A DNA stretch of 64,000 nucleotides from an uncultured Alphaproteobacteria bacterium (lineage in GTDB: Bacteria > Pseudomonadota > Alphaproteobacteria > UBA11222): positions 3,269 through 67,268 of the forward strand of contig CAMTVX010000044.1 of NCBI GenBank assembly GCA_947085295.1, written 5' to 3'. Each line of letters starts with the position of its first letter. Position 1 is the first letter of the stretch. The notes beneath the pieces were generated by a model. The model did no database searches, was not told where the DNA came from, and saw nothing but the letters and a program-made list of their open reading frames with translations. This document shows, piece after piece, positions 27,074-37,123 of the stretch. A program made the position numbers and the translations under genes.

Positions 27074-27679
27074 ATGCTGGTTTTAGAAGAAGAATATCCA
27101 GAATTATATCATCGTATTCAGGATCAAAACCTGATCCGTCAGTACGATTTGATGACCAATTGCATTGAAATCGGCATCAAGCAGGGGCCAATAGCCTTCG
27201 ACAAATCCATGTTGTGGGCGCTCAATCATGTCGCTGTTGCAAATATTTCAGCATTCGGCGGAAGATTCCGCCAGGAACCCATATATGTTGGTGACCACAA
27301 ACCACCGCATTTCAGGGAAGTGGCGGACTGGATGGACCGATTCATCTCTACTGTCCATGAAAACTGGTACATTTGGTCCCCAACGGAATTAGCGGCGTAC
27401 GGATTATGGCGCCTGAACTGAATTCATCCGTTTGTTGAGGGCAATGGCAGAACAGCCCGCGCGACTTGCTATTATCTTCTCTGTGTCCGCAATGGTTCGT
27501 TATTGCCCGGCCGCAAAATTCTTCCTGAGCGGATTAGAGAAAACCGTGCTGGATATGAGCGGGCGCTGCATGCCGCTGATGAAGCATGGGAAAGTGGCCA
27601 TCTCGACTTCACAGATATGGAAGATTATCTGGCTGTCCTGGTGCAGGCGCAGCTTGATGATGATGGCATGCCGCATTAA
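27074..27679 (+). pseudogene. Fic-domain protein interrupted by an in-frame TGA at 27419-27421
   Basis: ...YGLWRLN*IHPFVEGNGRTARA... continues in frame to TAA 27677-27679; the stop sits at the usual Trp position before the Fic motif HPFxxGNGR. Confidence 0.88.
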
Positions 27680-27793
27680 GGGGCACGCCAAACCAAATCT
27701 AATCGCTTGAGGGATTGCTGCGTCCCCCTTTCAATTTACATACACATATAGTAGATTTCCCTAAACCCCACAATTAACGTCTGGATAGGGCTG

Positions 27794-29002
27794 ATGTTAT
27801 CGGGCAAGCGCATTCTACTCATTATCGGCGGCGGCATTGCGGCCTATAAGAGCCTGGATCTGATCCGCAGGCTGCGGGCGCAGAACGCCAGTGTGCGCTG
27901 TATTCTGACGGCGGGTGGGGCGCAGTTTGTAACCCCATTATCGGTGGCCAGCCTGTCCGGCGACAAGGTTTATACCGAACTGTTCGATCTGATGAACGAA
28001 GCCGAAATGGGGCATATTCAGCTATCGCGCGACGCGGATTTATTGGTGGTGGCGCCCGCGACCGCTGATCTGATGGCGCGCATGGCGCAGGGTCTGGCCA
28101 ATGATCTGGCCACCACCGCGCTGCTGGCGACCGACAAGCCGGTGCTGATTGCGCCCGCCATGAATGTGCGCATGTGGGGCCATGCCGCGACGCGGCGTAA
28201 TCTGGCAACCCTGCGTGGCGACGGCGTTACGCTCATCGGTCCCAATGAGGGGGACATGGCCTGTGGTGAATATGGGCCGGGGCGGATGGCGGAACCGGAC
28301 GAGATTGTGAACGCTGTAACAGCAATGCTTGCGCCTGCCTCCCGGCCGCTGAGCGGATTGCGCGCGCTGGTCACTTCCGGCCCAACGCATGAACCGATTG
28401 ATCCGGTGCGCTATATCGCCAATCGTTCGTCGGGCAAGCAGGGCCATGCGATTGCGGCGGCGCTTAGCGCGCTGGGCGCGGAAACTGTTTTAGTGTCGGG
28501 CCCGGTGCAGGAAGCACCGCCCTCTGGCGTGACCGTACGCAAGGTGGAAACCGCCTGTGAAATGCTGGCCGCATGCAAGGATGCCGGGCGTTTTGACATC
28601 GCCATCTGCGCCGCCGCTGTCGCCGACTGGCGCGCCGAAACGGCATCCAGCGGAAAGATCAAAAAGCGCAATGATGGCAGCGCGCCCAAACTGGCGCTGA
28701 CCGAAAACCCGGATATTTTAAAGACACTCAGCGCTGCAAATCCGGCGCGCCCGCGCCTTGTGATCGGCTTTGCGGCCGAAACCAGCGATGTGATCAAACA
28801 TGCGAAAGAAAAACGCGCGCGCAAGGGCTGTGACTGGATCATCGCCAATAATGTGTCGCCGGAAACCGGCATTATGGGCGGTGATTTTAATACCGTGCAT
28901 TTGCTGACCGGCGATGGCGTAGAGGATTGGCAGCCCATGAGCAAGACCGAAGTGGCGCGCCGTCTGGCAGGCCGCATTGCCGAACATTTCGCGAAACGCT
29001 GA
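27794..29002 (+). CDS. coaBC: Bifunctional phosphopantothenoylcysteine decarboxylase/synthetase
   Basis: [58 protein letters not shown]. Confidence 0.97.
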   Translation: MLSGKRILLIIGGGIAAYKSLDLIRRLRAQNASVRCILTAGGAQFVTPLSVASLSGDKVYTELFDLMNEAEMGHIQLSRDADLLVVAPATADLMARMAQGLANDLATTALLATDKPVLIAPAMNVRMWGHAATRRNLATLRGDGVTLIGPNEGDMACGEYGPGRMAEPDEIVNAVTAMLAPASRPLSGLRALVTSGPTHEPIDPVRYIANRSSGKQGHAIAAALSALGAETVLVSGPVQEAPPSGVTVRKVETACEMLAACKDAGRFDIAICAAAVADWRAETASSGKIKKRNDGSAPKLALTENPDILKTLSAANPARPRLVIGFAAETSDVIKHAKEKRARKGCDWIIANNVSPETGIMGGDFNTVHLLTGDGVEDWQPMSKTEVARRLAGRIAEHFAKR

Positions 29003-29451
29003 TGCTGACGGTTTCATTTCTCCGATTGCCGCATAACCCGGATTTACCGCTGCCGGCCTATGCCACGCCGGGCGCGGCGGGGCTTGATCTTTGCGCGGCG
29101 GTGGCCGCCGATGATCCGTTAATTCTGCCGCCCGGCGAACGGGCGCTGATCCCTACCGGGCTGGCCATTGCGTTGCCGCCGGGATATGAGGCGCAGGTGC
29201 GGCCGCGCTCCGGCCTGGCGCTTAAACATGGCATTACGGTGCTGAATTCACCCGGTACCATTGACAGTGATTACCGGGGCGAGATCGGGGTTATCCTTCT
29301 GAACACCGGCAAGGTCGCCTTTACCATCGCGCGCGGCGAACGAATTGCGCAAATGGTGATCGCGGGTTTTGTGCAGGCCCGGTTGCTGGAAGTTTCTGAC
29401 CTGCCTGAAACCGGGCGTGGCGCCGGTGGCTTTGGTTCTACAGGTTCATAA
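29002..29451 (+). CDS. dut: dUTP pyrophosphatase
   Basis: [48 protein letters not shown]. Confidence 0.98.
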   Translation: MLTVSFLRLPHNPDLPLPAYATPGAAGLDLCAAVAADDPLILPPGERALIPTGLAIALPPGYEAQVRPRSGLALKHGITVLNSPGTIDSDYRGEIGVILLNTGKVAFTIARGERIAQMVIAGFVQARLLEVSDLPETGRGAGGFGSTGS

Positions 29452-29466
29452 AGGGTTGCTGGATTT

Positions 29467-29919
29467 ATGCTTCGGTTGACAAAAAAAATGCGTTACGCGC
29501 TGGAGGCAGTGGTGGATATCGCCTACAATGCCAGACCGGAACCGGTGCAATCGCGTGAAATCACCCAGCGTCAGGGCATTCCGCAACGCTATCTGGAACA
29601 GGTGATGCAGCAACTGGTGCACGCCAATATTCTGAAAGGTGTACGCGGGCCGCGTGGTGGCTATACGCTGGCGCGCGAACGCAGACGGATCAGCGTGGGT
29701 GAAATTATTCGCGTTATCGGCGATACCGAAGACAATGAAGCCGAAAAATCCGAAACGGTGTCAGCGTTAGGTCAGACGGTCATCAATCCCCTATGGGACG
29801 AAATGCAGGCTGAAATGATGCGCCGCTTTGACGGCATTACCGTAGAAGATTTATGCAAGCGCGCCGACAAATCCAATGTCGCGCCCGAACAGCGCAAACA
29901 GGCTGATTTCAACATTTAA
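29467..29919 (+). CDS. Rrf2-family transcriptional regulator (cysteine-metabolism context)
   Basis: [26 protein letters not shown]; lacks the IscR Cys triad; upstream of cysK. Confidence 0.9.
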   Translation: MLRLTKKMRYALEAVVDIAYNARPEPVQSREITQRQGIPQRYLEQVMQQLVHANILKGVRGPRGGYTLARERRRISVGEIIRVIGDTEDNEAEKSETVSALGQTVINPLWDEMQAEMMRRFDGITVEDLCKRADKSNVAPEQRKQADFNI

Positions 29920-29942
29920 TTTATGAGATGGAGACAACCAGC

Positions 29943-30899
29943 ATGAGCGAGAAAAAACCCGGCCGTGGCCGCGTCTATAACAGCATCACCGAAACCATTG
30001 GGGATACGCCGCTGGTGCGGCTGCAACGGCTGCCAAAAGAGGCGGGCGTTGAGGCGGATATATTACTGAAGCTGGAATTTTTTAATCCGCTGGCCAGCGT
30101 CAAGGACCGCATTGGTGTGGCCATGATCGAGGATATGGAAGCCAAGGGAAGGCTGAAACCCGATACCGTGATCATTGAACCGACATCGGGTAATACCGGA
30201 ATTGCACTGGCGTTCACCTGTGCCGCCAAGGGCTATAAATTAATTCTGGTGATGCCGGACAGCATGTCGATTGAACGGCGCAAAATGTTTGCGCTGCTGG
30301 GGGCGCAACTGGAACTGACGCCTGCCGCAAAGGGCATGCGCGGCGCCATTGCACGGGCCGAGGAATTGCTGGCGCAGCATCCCGGATCGGTGATGCCGCA
30401 GCAATTTGAAAATCCGGCCAACCCAGCTATTCACCGGCGCACCACGGCGGAAGAAATCTGGAATGATACGGGCGGCAAGGTCGATGTGGTCATCTCAGGC
30501 GTTGGCACCGGGGGCACATTTACCGGTGTGGGTTCCGTGTTGAAGGCGCGCAAGCCGGGTCTGAAAATGATCGCCGTTGAACCCGAAGACAGCCCCGTGC
30601 TGTCGGGCGGCGCGCCCGGCCCGCATAAAATTCAGGGCATTGGGGCAGGGTTCATTCCCGACAATCTGGACCGATCGCTGGTCGATGAAGTGATCACTAT
30701 CGGCAATGAAAATTCGTTTGAGATGGCCCGCAAACTGGCCCGCATGGAAGGCATTCCCGGTGGCATTTCATCGGGCGCGGCGGTAGCTGCGGCGCTGGAA
30801 GTTGGCGCGCGGCCGGACATGAAGGGCAAAACCATTGTGGTGATCATTCCATCTTTCGCGGAACGCTATTTGTCGACCGCATTGTTCGAGGGTCTGTGA
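29943..30899 (+). CDS. cysK: Cysteine synthase A
   Basis: [44 protein letters not shown]. Confidence 0.97.
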   Translation: MSEKKPGRGRVYNSITETIGDTPLVRLQRLPKEAGVEADILLKLEFFNPLASVKDRIGVAMIEDMEAKGRLKPDTVIIEPTSGNTGIALAFTCAAKGYKLILVMPDSMSIERRKMFALLGAQLELTPAAKGMRGAIARAEELLAQHPGSVMPQQFENPANPAIHRRTTAEEIWNDTGGKVDVVISGVGTGGTFTGVGSVLKARKPGLKMIAVEPEDSPVLSGGAPGPHKIQGIGAGFIPDNLDRSLVDEVITIGNENSFEMARKLARMEGIPGGISSGAAVAAALEVGARPDMKGKTIVVIIPSFAERYLSTALFEGL

Positions 30900-31696
30900 G
30901 CCTTACCGACGAACAGATTGAGCGTTACGCGCGCCACATCATGCTGCCGGAAGTGGGCGGAGCAGGGCAGGCGCGGTTGCTATCCTCGAAAGTGCTACTG
31001 GTCGGCGCAGGTGGTCTGGGGTCGCCATTGGCGCTGTATCTGGCGGCGGCGGGCGTGGGGACCATTGGCATTGTCGATGATGACACGGTGTCGCTATCCA
31101 ATTTACAGCGCCAGATCGCGCACAAGACCCGCGATATTGGCAGGCTGAAAACCGACAGCGCGGCCGAAAGCATCGCCGATATCAATCCAGATGTGAAAGT
31201 GGTGCGCCATGCGGTGCGGCTGGATATCACGAATGTCCGTGAACTGATTAACGGCTATGATCTGGTGGCCGATGGCTGCGATAATTTCGCCACCAAATTC
31301 CTGCTCAATGACGCCTGCTTTTTGATGCGAAAGCCGCTGGTCGCAGCAGCGCTTGGCCGCTTTGAAGGACAGCTTTCCACCTATCGCGCCTTTGAGGGGG
31401 AAAAGCCCTGCTATCGCTGTATTTTTCCCGAACCGCCACCCGCCGACAGTATGCCCAACTGTGCTGAAACCGGCACGCTTGGGCTGGTTGCTGGCGTAAT
31501 GGGAACATTACAGGGGATTGAGGTGGTGAAAGAACTGCTTGGCATCGGTGAAAGCATGGCCGGGCAATTGCTGATCTACGACGCGCTCGACACGATTTTT
31601 CGCAAGATCAAAGTGCGCCCCGATCCGCAATGCAGATTGTGCGGGGCGCAGCCCGCGATCACCGCACTGGATGCGGCGGAATATAGACCGGGTTAA
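30896..31696 (+). CDS. moeB: MoeB/ThiF/HesA family adenylyltransferase
   Basis: [30 protein letters not shown] and CRLC zinc sites. Confidence 0.88.
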   Translation: MSLTDEQIERYARHIMLPEVGGAGQARLLSSKVLLVGAGGLGSPLALYLAAAGVGTIGIVDDDTVSLSNLQRQIAHKTRDIGRLKTDSAAESIADINPDVKVVRHAVRLDITNVRELINGYDLVADGCDNFATKFLLNDACFLMRKPLVAAALGRFEGQLSTYRAFEGEKPCYRCIFPEPPPADSMPNCAETGTLGLVAGVMGTLQGIEVVKELLGIGESMAGQLLIYDALDTIFRKIKVRPDPQCRLCGAQPAITALDAAEYRPG

Positions 31697-32676
31697 AGCA
31701 TGCTGGGTATCACGCGGTCAGGCGGCGCGTGGCCGTCAACAAAAGTCTTGATATTGATGATGACCTTTTCGCCCATATCGATGCGGCCCTCGATGGTGGC
31801 CGATCCCATATGCGGCAGCAGCAGCACATTCTTCAGGCCCAGCAGTTTCGGGTTCACCGCCGGTTCATGTTCGAACACATCAAGGCCCGCGCCTGCGATC
31901 TTGCCGCCGATCAGCATCCGGGTCAGCGCATTTTCATCAATGATTTCGCCGCGCGCCGTGTTGACGATATAGGCATGGGGTTGCAGCAATTGCAGGCGCC
32001 GCGCCGACAGCAGGTGAAATGTCGCTGGTGTATGCGGGCAATTCACCGAAATAATATCCATGCGCGCCAGCATCTGATCAAGGCTTTCCCAATAGGTCGC
32101 CTCCAGCGCTTCTTCGATGGCGGGGTTGACCTTGTGGCGGTTGTGATAATGAATTTGCAGACCAAAGGCGCGGGCGCGTTTCGCCACCGCCTGACCGATT
32201 CGGCCCATGCCGATAATGCCCAGCCGCTTGCCATAAATTCGTCGTCCCAGCAGCCCGGTGGGTGACCAGCCGCCCCATTCACCGCCGCGCAGCAAATCCA
32301 GTCCTTCGGTAATACGGCGTGGCACGGACAATATCAGCGCCATGGTCATATCGGCGGTGTCTTCGGTCAACACGCCCGGCGTATTGGTGACGATCATGCC
32401 GCGCGATCGCGCCGATTCCACATCAATATGGTCCACACCGGTGCCGAAATTGGCGATCAGTTTCAGTTTTTCCCCGGCCTGGGCCAGAAGTCGGCTATCC
32501 AGCCGGTCGGTCAGCGTCGGAACCAGCACATCCGCAACCTTTAGCGCCTCTGCCAGTTCTGACGGGGTCATGGGTTTATCGTCAAGATTCAGCCTTGCAT
32601 CGAACAGTTCACGCATGCGCGTTTCGATCGCGTCGGGCAGTTTTCGCGTCACAATGACGAGGGGTTTTGTGGTCAT
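31693..32676 (-). CDS. D-isomer-specific 2-hydroxyacid dehydrogenase (glyoxylate/glycerate reductase-like)
   Basis: ANFGTGVDHID, NTPGVLTEDTAD, GIIGMGRIG, NTARGE, GLDVFEHEP, LPHMGSAT. Confidence 0.95.
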   Translation of the reverse strand: MTTKPLVIVTRKLPDAIETRMRELFDARLNLDDKPMTPSELAEALKVADVLVPTLTDRLDSRLLAQAGEKLKLIANFGTGVDHIDVESARSRGMIVTNTPGVLTEDTADMTMALILSVPRRITEGLDLLRGGEWGGWSPTGLLGRRIYGKRLGIIGMGRIGQAVAKRARAFGLQIHYHNRHKVNPAIEEALEATYWESLDQMLARMDIISVNCPHTPATFHLLSARRLQLLQPHAYIVNTARGEIIDENALTRMLIGGKIAGAGLDVFEHEPAVNPKLLGLKNVLLLPHMGSATIEGRIDMGEKVIINIKTFVDGHAPPDRVIPSML

Positions 32677-32838
32677 TTGCCTGCTACCTGAAGTTATCCG
32701 CCTGACGCGGCCATGAGTATATCCTGTCTATCTAGCAGAACTTGGCCCATGAGACAAACTACCGCATTGACCGCCCGGCCGCTTGCGGGCAATAAGCACC
32801 TTATGCGATTTGCTTATTTGCAACCAGAACGGTTTTTG

Positions 32839-33375
32839 ATGATCAGGCCGGTCCTTATTATATTGGCGTTACTGTTTGCCTCGTCAGCACAGGCGGAACC
32901 ATCAGTGGCCACCGGGACAGTAGCTGAACAGTCCGGCGTCGGTCTGTCCGGTTTGCCGATCCCGCGTTTTGTCAGCATTACCGCCGCACGCGTCAATCTG
33001 CGCATGGGGCCGGGAAGGCAATATCCTATCGCCTGGATCCTGCAACGCCGCCATCTTCCGGTAGAAATTGTGGAAGAATTTGAGCATTGGCGAAAAATCC
33101 GTGAACGCTCCGGCGAAGTGGGCTGGGTGCACAAAACTATGTTGAGCGGCAAGCGCATGGGGCTGGTCATCAATGGCAGCAAAACCGGGGAACTGACACC
33201 CGCCTATGCCGAAGCCAGTGAGAGCAAGCCAATTATGATGGCCGAAGCGGGCGCGATCGGCGAGATCAGCCAATGTCAGGGGGAATGGTGCGCCATCCGA
33301 TTCGAAAAACGCAATGCCTGGATGCGCCGCGATACGCTGTGGGGTGTCTATCCCGGTGAGGAGTTTGAGGAGTAG
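32839..33375 (+). CDS. Secreted tandem bacterial SH3-domain protein (DUF1058-like)
   Basis: SGLPIPRFVS, VNLRMGPG, WRKIRERSGEVGWVH, LWGVYPGE; signal peptide. Start uncertain. Confidence 0.85.
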   Translation: MIRPVLIILALLFASSAQAEPSVATGTVAEQSGVGLSGLPIPRFVSITAARVNLRMGPGRQYPIAWILQRRHLPVEIVEEFEHWRKIRERSGEVGWVHKTMLSGKRMGLVINGSKTGELTPAYAEASESKPIMMAEAGAIGEISQCQGEWCAIRFEKRNAWMRRDTLWGVYPGEEFEE

Positions 33376-33429
33376 GTAATACCAGCGGCCCGAAGATTTC
33401 AGGTCTGCCCATGCCATCCCCTATTGTTT

Positions 33430-33517
33430 TCATTACCCGGCTTGACCGGGTAATCCATACCACGCGCGAAGGCCTGCGTTTGTGGCTCCTGGATTGCCCG
33501 GACAAGCCGGGTAATGA
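33430..33517. repeat. Intergenic palindromic (REP/RPE-like) element between convergent genes; probable bidirectional terminator
   Basis: Perfect 15-bp inverted repeat TCATTACCCGGCTTG / CAAGCCGGGTAATGA with inner arms CCGGGTAATCCA / TGGATTGCCCGG. Confidence 0.85.
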
Positions 33518-33561
33518 CAGTTTTTGTTCAACCTAAAAGCATCGCGCTCCAGACGCGCTGC

Positions 33562-35166
33562 TTACGCAGCGCTTGGGGCGGCGGCGCGGACATCCTCGCC
33601 GACATGATCGACAAATTTTTCGAAGTTCGCGACAAACATGGCGACCAGTTTTTTGGCCTGTGCATCATAGGCTGCCTTGTCGGCCCAGGTGCTGCGCGGA
33701 TCCAGGATGGAATTATCCACACCCGGTACGGCAACCGGCACCTGAAAACCGAAATTCGGATCCAGACGCATGCCTGATTTGGCCAGCGATCCATCCAGAG
33801 CGGCGGCCAGCAGCGCACGGGTTTCCCTGATGGGCATACGCTTGCCGGCGCCATAGGCGCCGCCGGTCCAGCCGGTGTTTACCAGCCAGCAATCCACCTG
33901 TTGCGCCGCAATTTTGTCGCGCAGCAGATTGCCGTATTCGCTGGGATGGCGCGGCATGAACGGGCCGCCAAAACAGGTGGAGAAAGTGGCCGAAGGTTCG
34001 GTCACGCCCTTTTCCGTACCCGCAACGCGCGCGGTGTACCCGGACAGGAAATGATACATCGCCTGGCTTGGGGTTAATTTTGCAATCGGCGGCAGAATGC
34101 CAAACGCATCAGCGGTCAGCATGATGATGTTTTTCGGGCTGCCTTTGGCCACGCCGGTTCGGCTGGCATTTGGGATATAGGTGGTGGGATAGGCGCCGCG
34201 TGAATTTTCCGCATAGCTGTCATCATCCAGATCAAGCTTGCGCGTAACCGGATCAATCACAACATTTTCCAGCACCGTTCCGAACATGCGTGTCGTGGCG
34301 TAAATTTCCGGTTCGGCCTCTGGCGACAGACGGATCATCTTGGCGTAACAGCCACCTTCGAAATTGAACACCGCGCCATCGGTCCAGCCATGTTCATCGT
34401 CACCAATCAGGGTGCGGCTGGCATCTGCCGAAAGTGTTGTCTTGCCGGTGCCTGACAGGCCGAAGAAAATCGCTGAATCGCCATTGGGGCCGACATTCGC
34501 CGAGCAATGCATTGGCATGATGCCACGTGCGGGCAACAGATAATTCAGAATGGTGAAAACCGATTTCTTGATTTCACCGGCATAGCTGGTCCCCACGATC
34601 AGCACAGTGCGTTCCGCAAAATTAACGGCGATCATGGTTTCGCAACGCCCGCCATGTCTGGCGGGATTGGCTTCGAAATCCGGCAGATGCAGAATGGTGA
34701 ATTCCGGGGCAAAGGCCGCCAGTTCCTGTAGTTCCGGCTCCACCAGCAAATGCCGGATAAACAACGAATGCCAGGCGTGCTGGGTAATGATGCGCACATT
34801 CAAACGCGATTTGGGATCGGCGCCGCCATACAGATCCTGCACCCACAATTCCTTGTCTTCGGTGTAGGCCAGCATATCCTTGTGCAGGGCTGCAAAATGT
34901 TCCGGCGTCATCGCCTTGTTATTTTCCCACCACACATTTTTTTCCGTCGTGGCGTCACGAACCGTAAATTTGTCCTGTGCCGAACGGCCGGTATGGGTAC
35001 CGGTGCGTACCACCAGCGGGCCACCTTCAGCGATCAGGCCTTCGTTACGCGCCACCGCCATCTGATACAAGGTGGCGGGGCAATCATTCCAGTGCACCAG
35101 CCGGGCTTTGGAGATACCCTGTTTTTCGATACCGGATTTGCTGACAAAGCGTCCTGAATGTTTCAC
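33562..35166 (-). CDS. pckA: Phosphoenolpyruvate carboxykinase (ATP)
   Basis: [53 protein letters not shown]. Confidence 0.98.
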   Translation of the reverse strand: MKHSGRFVSKSGIEKQGISKARLVHWNDCPATLYQMAVARNEGLIAEGGPLVVRTGTHTGRSAQDKFTVRDATTEKNVWWENNKAMTPEHFAALHKDMLAYTEDKELWVQDLYGGADPKSRLNVRIITQHAWHSLFIRHLLVEPELQELAAFAPEFTILHLPDFEANPARHGGRCETMIAVNFAERTVLIVGTSYAGEIKKSVFTILNYLLPARGIMPMHCSANVGPNGDSAIFFGLSGTGKTTLSADASRTLIGDDEHGWTDGAVFNFEGGCYAKMIRLSPEAEPEIYATTRMFGTVLENVVIDPVTRKLDLDDDSYAENSRGAYPTTYIPNASRTGVAKGSPKNIIMLTADAFGILPPIAKLTPSQAMYHFLSGYTARVAGTEKGVTEPSATFSTCFGGPFMPRHPSEYGNLLRDKIAAQQVDCWLVNTGWTGGAYGAGKRMPIRETRALLAAALDGSLAKSGMRLDPNFGFQVPVAVPGVDNSILDPRSTWADKAAYDAQAKKLVAMFVANFEKFVDHVGEDVRAAAPSAA

Positions 35167-35472
35167 TCTTCTCTCCCTGACACCGTGGTCGTTGTTCGCG
35201 CCACGGTCGATCGTATATTGGTTAAGTTATTAAAGAAGGCAGGTCCCGGATTAGCGGCTGGCCCCGAATAATAATTATGCAATGCCCGTATAGCGCTTCA
35301 TTCCCATATTAAAAAAGCATCGCGCAAAATAATAGCCCATCAGGTCTTCTGCAAGTAAGATTAGTGGTGTGGGACATCTATGCCCGGATTTTTTTGATTT
35401 TACAGTAATCGTGGTCACATTAACGCAGAATAATTTAATAATTTGCTAAACTTTACCATAACCCTTTGTCTG

Positions 35473-36222
35473 TTAAGGGTTTTTTGCGCGGGCCTGCTGG
35501 GCGAGGCGGACCAGTTCCTGGCGTAACTGCACGGCGGTAAAAGCCATCTCAGCGAACGGCAACCGCACCAATGTACCCCCCAGCGCCAGGTCGCAGCCTT
35601 CCACATCACATCCCACCATACGCCAGGGTCCGGGGGTTAGTCCCAACAGCTTCTCCGCATAGAGGGTGATACTGTCAGAATGATCCGTGTTCATATGGGC
35701 CAGAATGCCAGGTTCGGCCGCTGCTATTTCTGCTGTTTTATCCTTTGAAAGCAGTAAAACTGATCCTTCTATCCAGTTAATATGGCCAAATCCCGCCACT
35801 AAATGTGCGCGATCCGGTTCCAGGCGGTAAAAACTGAAATCGCCAAAATCGACATAGGTGGCGCCAGACGGATGTCTGGCGAGAAAGCGATCACGCAAAA
35901 GGGTTGTTTTATCCGCCGATACGGGCAGGATTGATCCAACAAGCGTGAGCCGGGCGCCGGTCAGCGGATCCTCTCGTGCGCCGGTCGCGTCGTATAACAG
36001 GGACGCACGGGGGTCGCGCAGCAGGTTGCCCGTATGCACCGCCAGCTTCGATAGGAGTAGAAGCGGTGTTGCGTCCGGGCAGGTGGCGCTCAGCACCAGG
36101 CTGCAATAAGGCGCGCCATTTTCAGCCAGAATCGTCGCGAGCGTCGCCGTGCGCGCGCCGCGAATAAGTGCGCGGGCCTGTGTGGCAAGTTGGGTGGAAT
36201 TGGCGGCGGTTTCAGGTGGCAT
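35473..36222 (-). CDS. HugZ-like pyridoxamine 5'-phosphate oxidase-family protein with DUF2470-like C-terminus
   Basis: ATLAT, PYCSLV, LSKLAVHTGNL..DPRASLL, HLVAGFG, HMNTDHSD. Confidence 0.88.
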   Translation of the reverse strand: MPPETAANSTQLATQARALIRGARTATLATILAENGAPYCSLVLSATCPDATPLLLLSKLAVHTGNLLRDPRASLLYDATGAREDPLTGARLTLVGSILPVSADKTTLLRDRFLARHPSGATYVDFGDFSFYRLEPDRAHLVAGFGHINWIEGSVLLLSKDKTAEIAAAEPGILAHMNTDHSDSITLYAEKLLGLTPGPWRMVGCDVEGCDLALGGTLVRLPFAEMAFTAVQLRQELVRLAQQARAKNP

Positions 36223-36329
36223 GTATTATATATAAACCAAATACATGAAATCAGCTATATTTCGCCACAATTTCGGCATAGTTGCATCCAACCTTTACCC
36301 AGGTTTCAACAAATGGGGTACTATCTGAT

Positions 36330-37043
36330 ATGCCAATGATTGCGCTTGTAGATGATGACCAGAATATTCTGACTTCGGTGACGATAGCGCTGGAGGCCGA
36401 GGGTTTTCATGTGCGCACCTATACCGATGGTGCAACGGCCCTGACTGCGCTGGACGCCAATCCGCCTGACATGGCGGTGCTGGATATTAAAATGCCGCGC
36501 ATGGATGGCATGGAGTTACTGCGCCGTTTGCGAGTCAAAGGTAGTTTCCCGGTTATCTTCCTGACTTCCAAGGACGATGAAATGGATGAAGTTCTGGGTC
36601 TGAAAATGGGCGCAGATGATTATATCCGCAAACCGTTTTCGCAGCGCCTGCTGATCGAACGCATTCGCGCCGTATTACGCCGCGCAGATAGCAATGCCGA
36701 GCGTGGCGAGGCCGACGCAGAAGACGCCAAGGCTCTGGTGCGGGGCAAACTGGTGCTTGACCCGCAGCGCCACGCCTGCACCTGGGATGGCGAGGATGTC
36801 ACGCTGACGGTTACGGAATTTCTTCTGTTGCAGGCGCTGGCCCAGCGGCCGGGTCATGTCAAAAGCCGTGATCAGTTAATGGATGTGGCCTATGATGATC
36901 AGGTCTATGTCGATGACCGCACCATTGACAGCCATATCAAAAGGCTGCGCAAAAAATTCAAGGTCGTGGATGATTCCTTTTCCGCTATCGAGACCCTGTA
37001 TGGGGTTGGCTATCGTTACAATGAAGCCGGAACCCGCAACTGA
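36330..37043 (+). CDS. chvI: OmpR-family response regulator ChvI
   Basis: [56 protein letters not shown]; divergent from pckA. Confidence 0.95.
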   Translation: MPMIALVDDDQNILTSVTIALEAEGFHVRTYTDGATALTALDANPPDMAVLDIKMPRMDGMELLRRLRVKGSFPVIFLTSKDDEMDEVLGLKMGADDYIRKPFSQRLLIERIRAVLRRADSNAERGEADAEDAKALVRGKLVLDPQRHACTWDGEDVTLTVTEFLLLQALAQRPGHVKSRDQLMDVAYDDQVYVDDRTIDSHIKRLRKKFKVVDDSFSAIETLYGVGYRYNEAGTRN

Positions 37044-37123
37044 ATATCACCCGCTATTGTAAAGAGATATTTGTCCGCCTGAGGCAGGGATGGCGGCGGC
37101 GTTCGTCTGTTCCGGCCAGGCGG

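Noticed and set aside
22663-27424. Alternative genetic code (TGA = Trp or Gly) or selenocysteine
   Set aside because: TGA terminates many core genes here (ATGA overlaps at rppH, proA, proB, ileS), the two displaced residues differ, and neither position is a Cys site.
27733-27762. XerD-arm-like sequence (ATTTACATAC, minus strand GTATGTAAATT) after the Fic gene, as a possible pdif site
   Set aside because: Only one arm matches; there is no XerC-like arm at 6-bp spacing. More likely AT-rich coaBC promoter DNA.
35167-35472. Riboswitch or sRNA in the 300-bp AT-rich pckA leader
   Set aside because: No motif or stable structure that I can recognise; an Rfam/Infernal scan would be needed.
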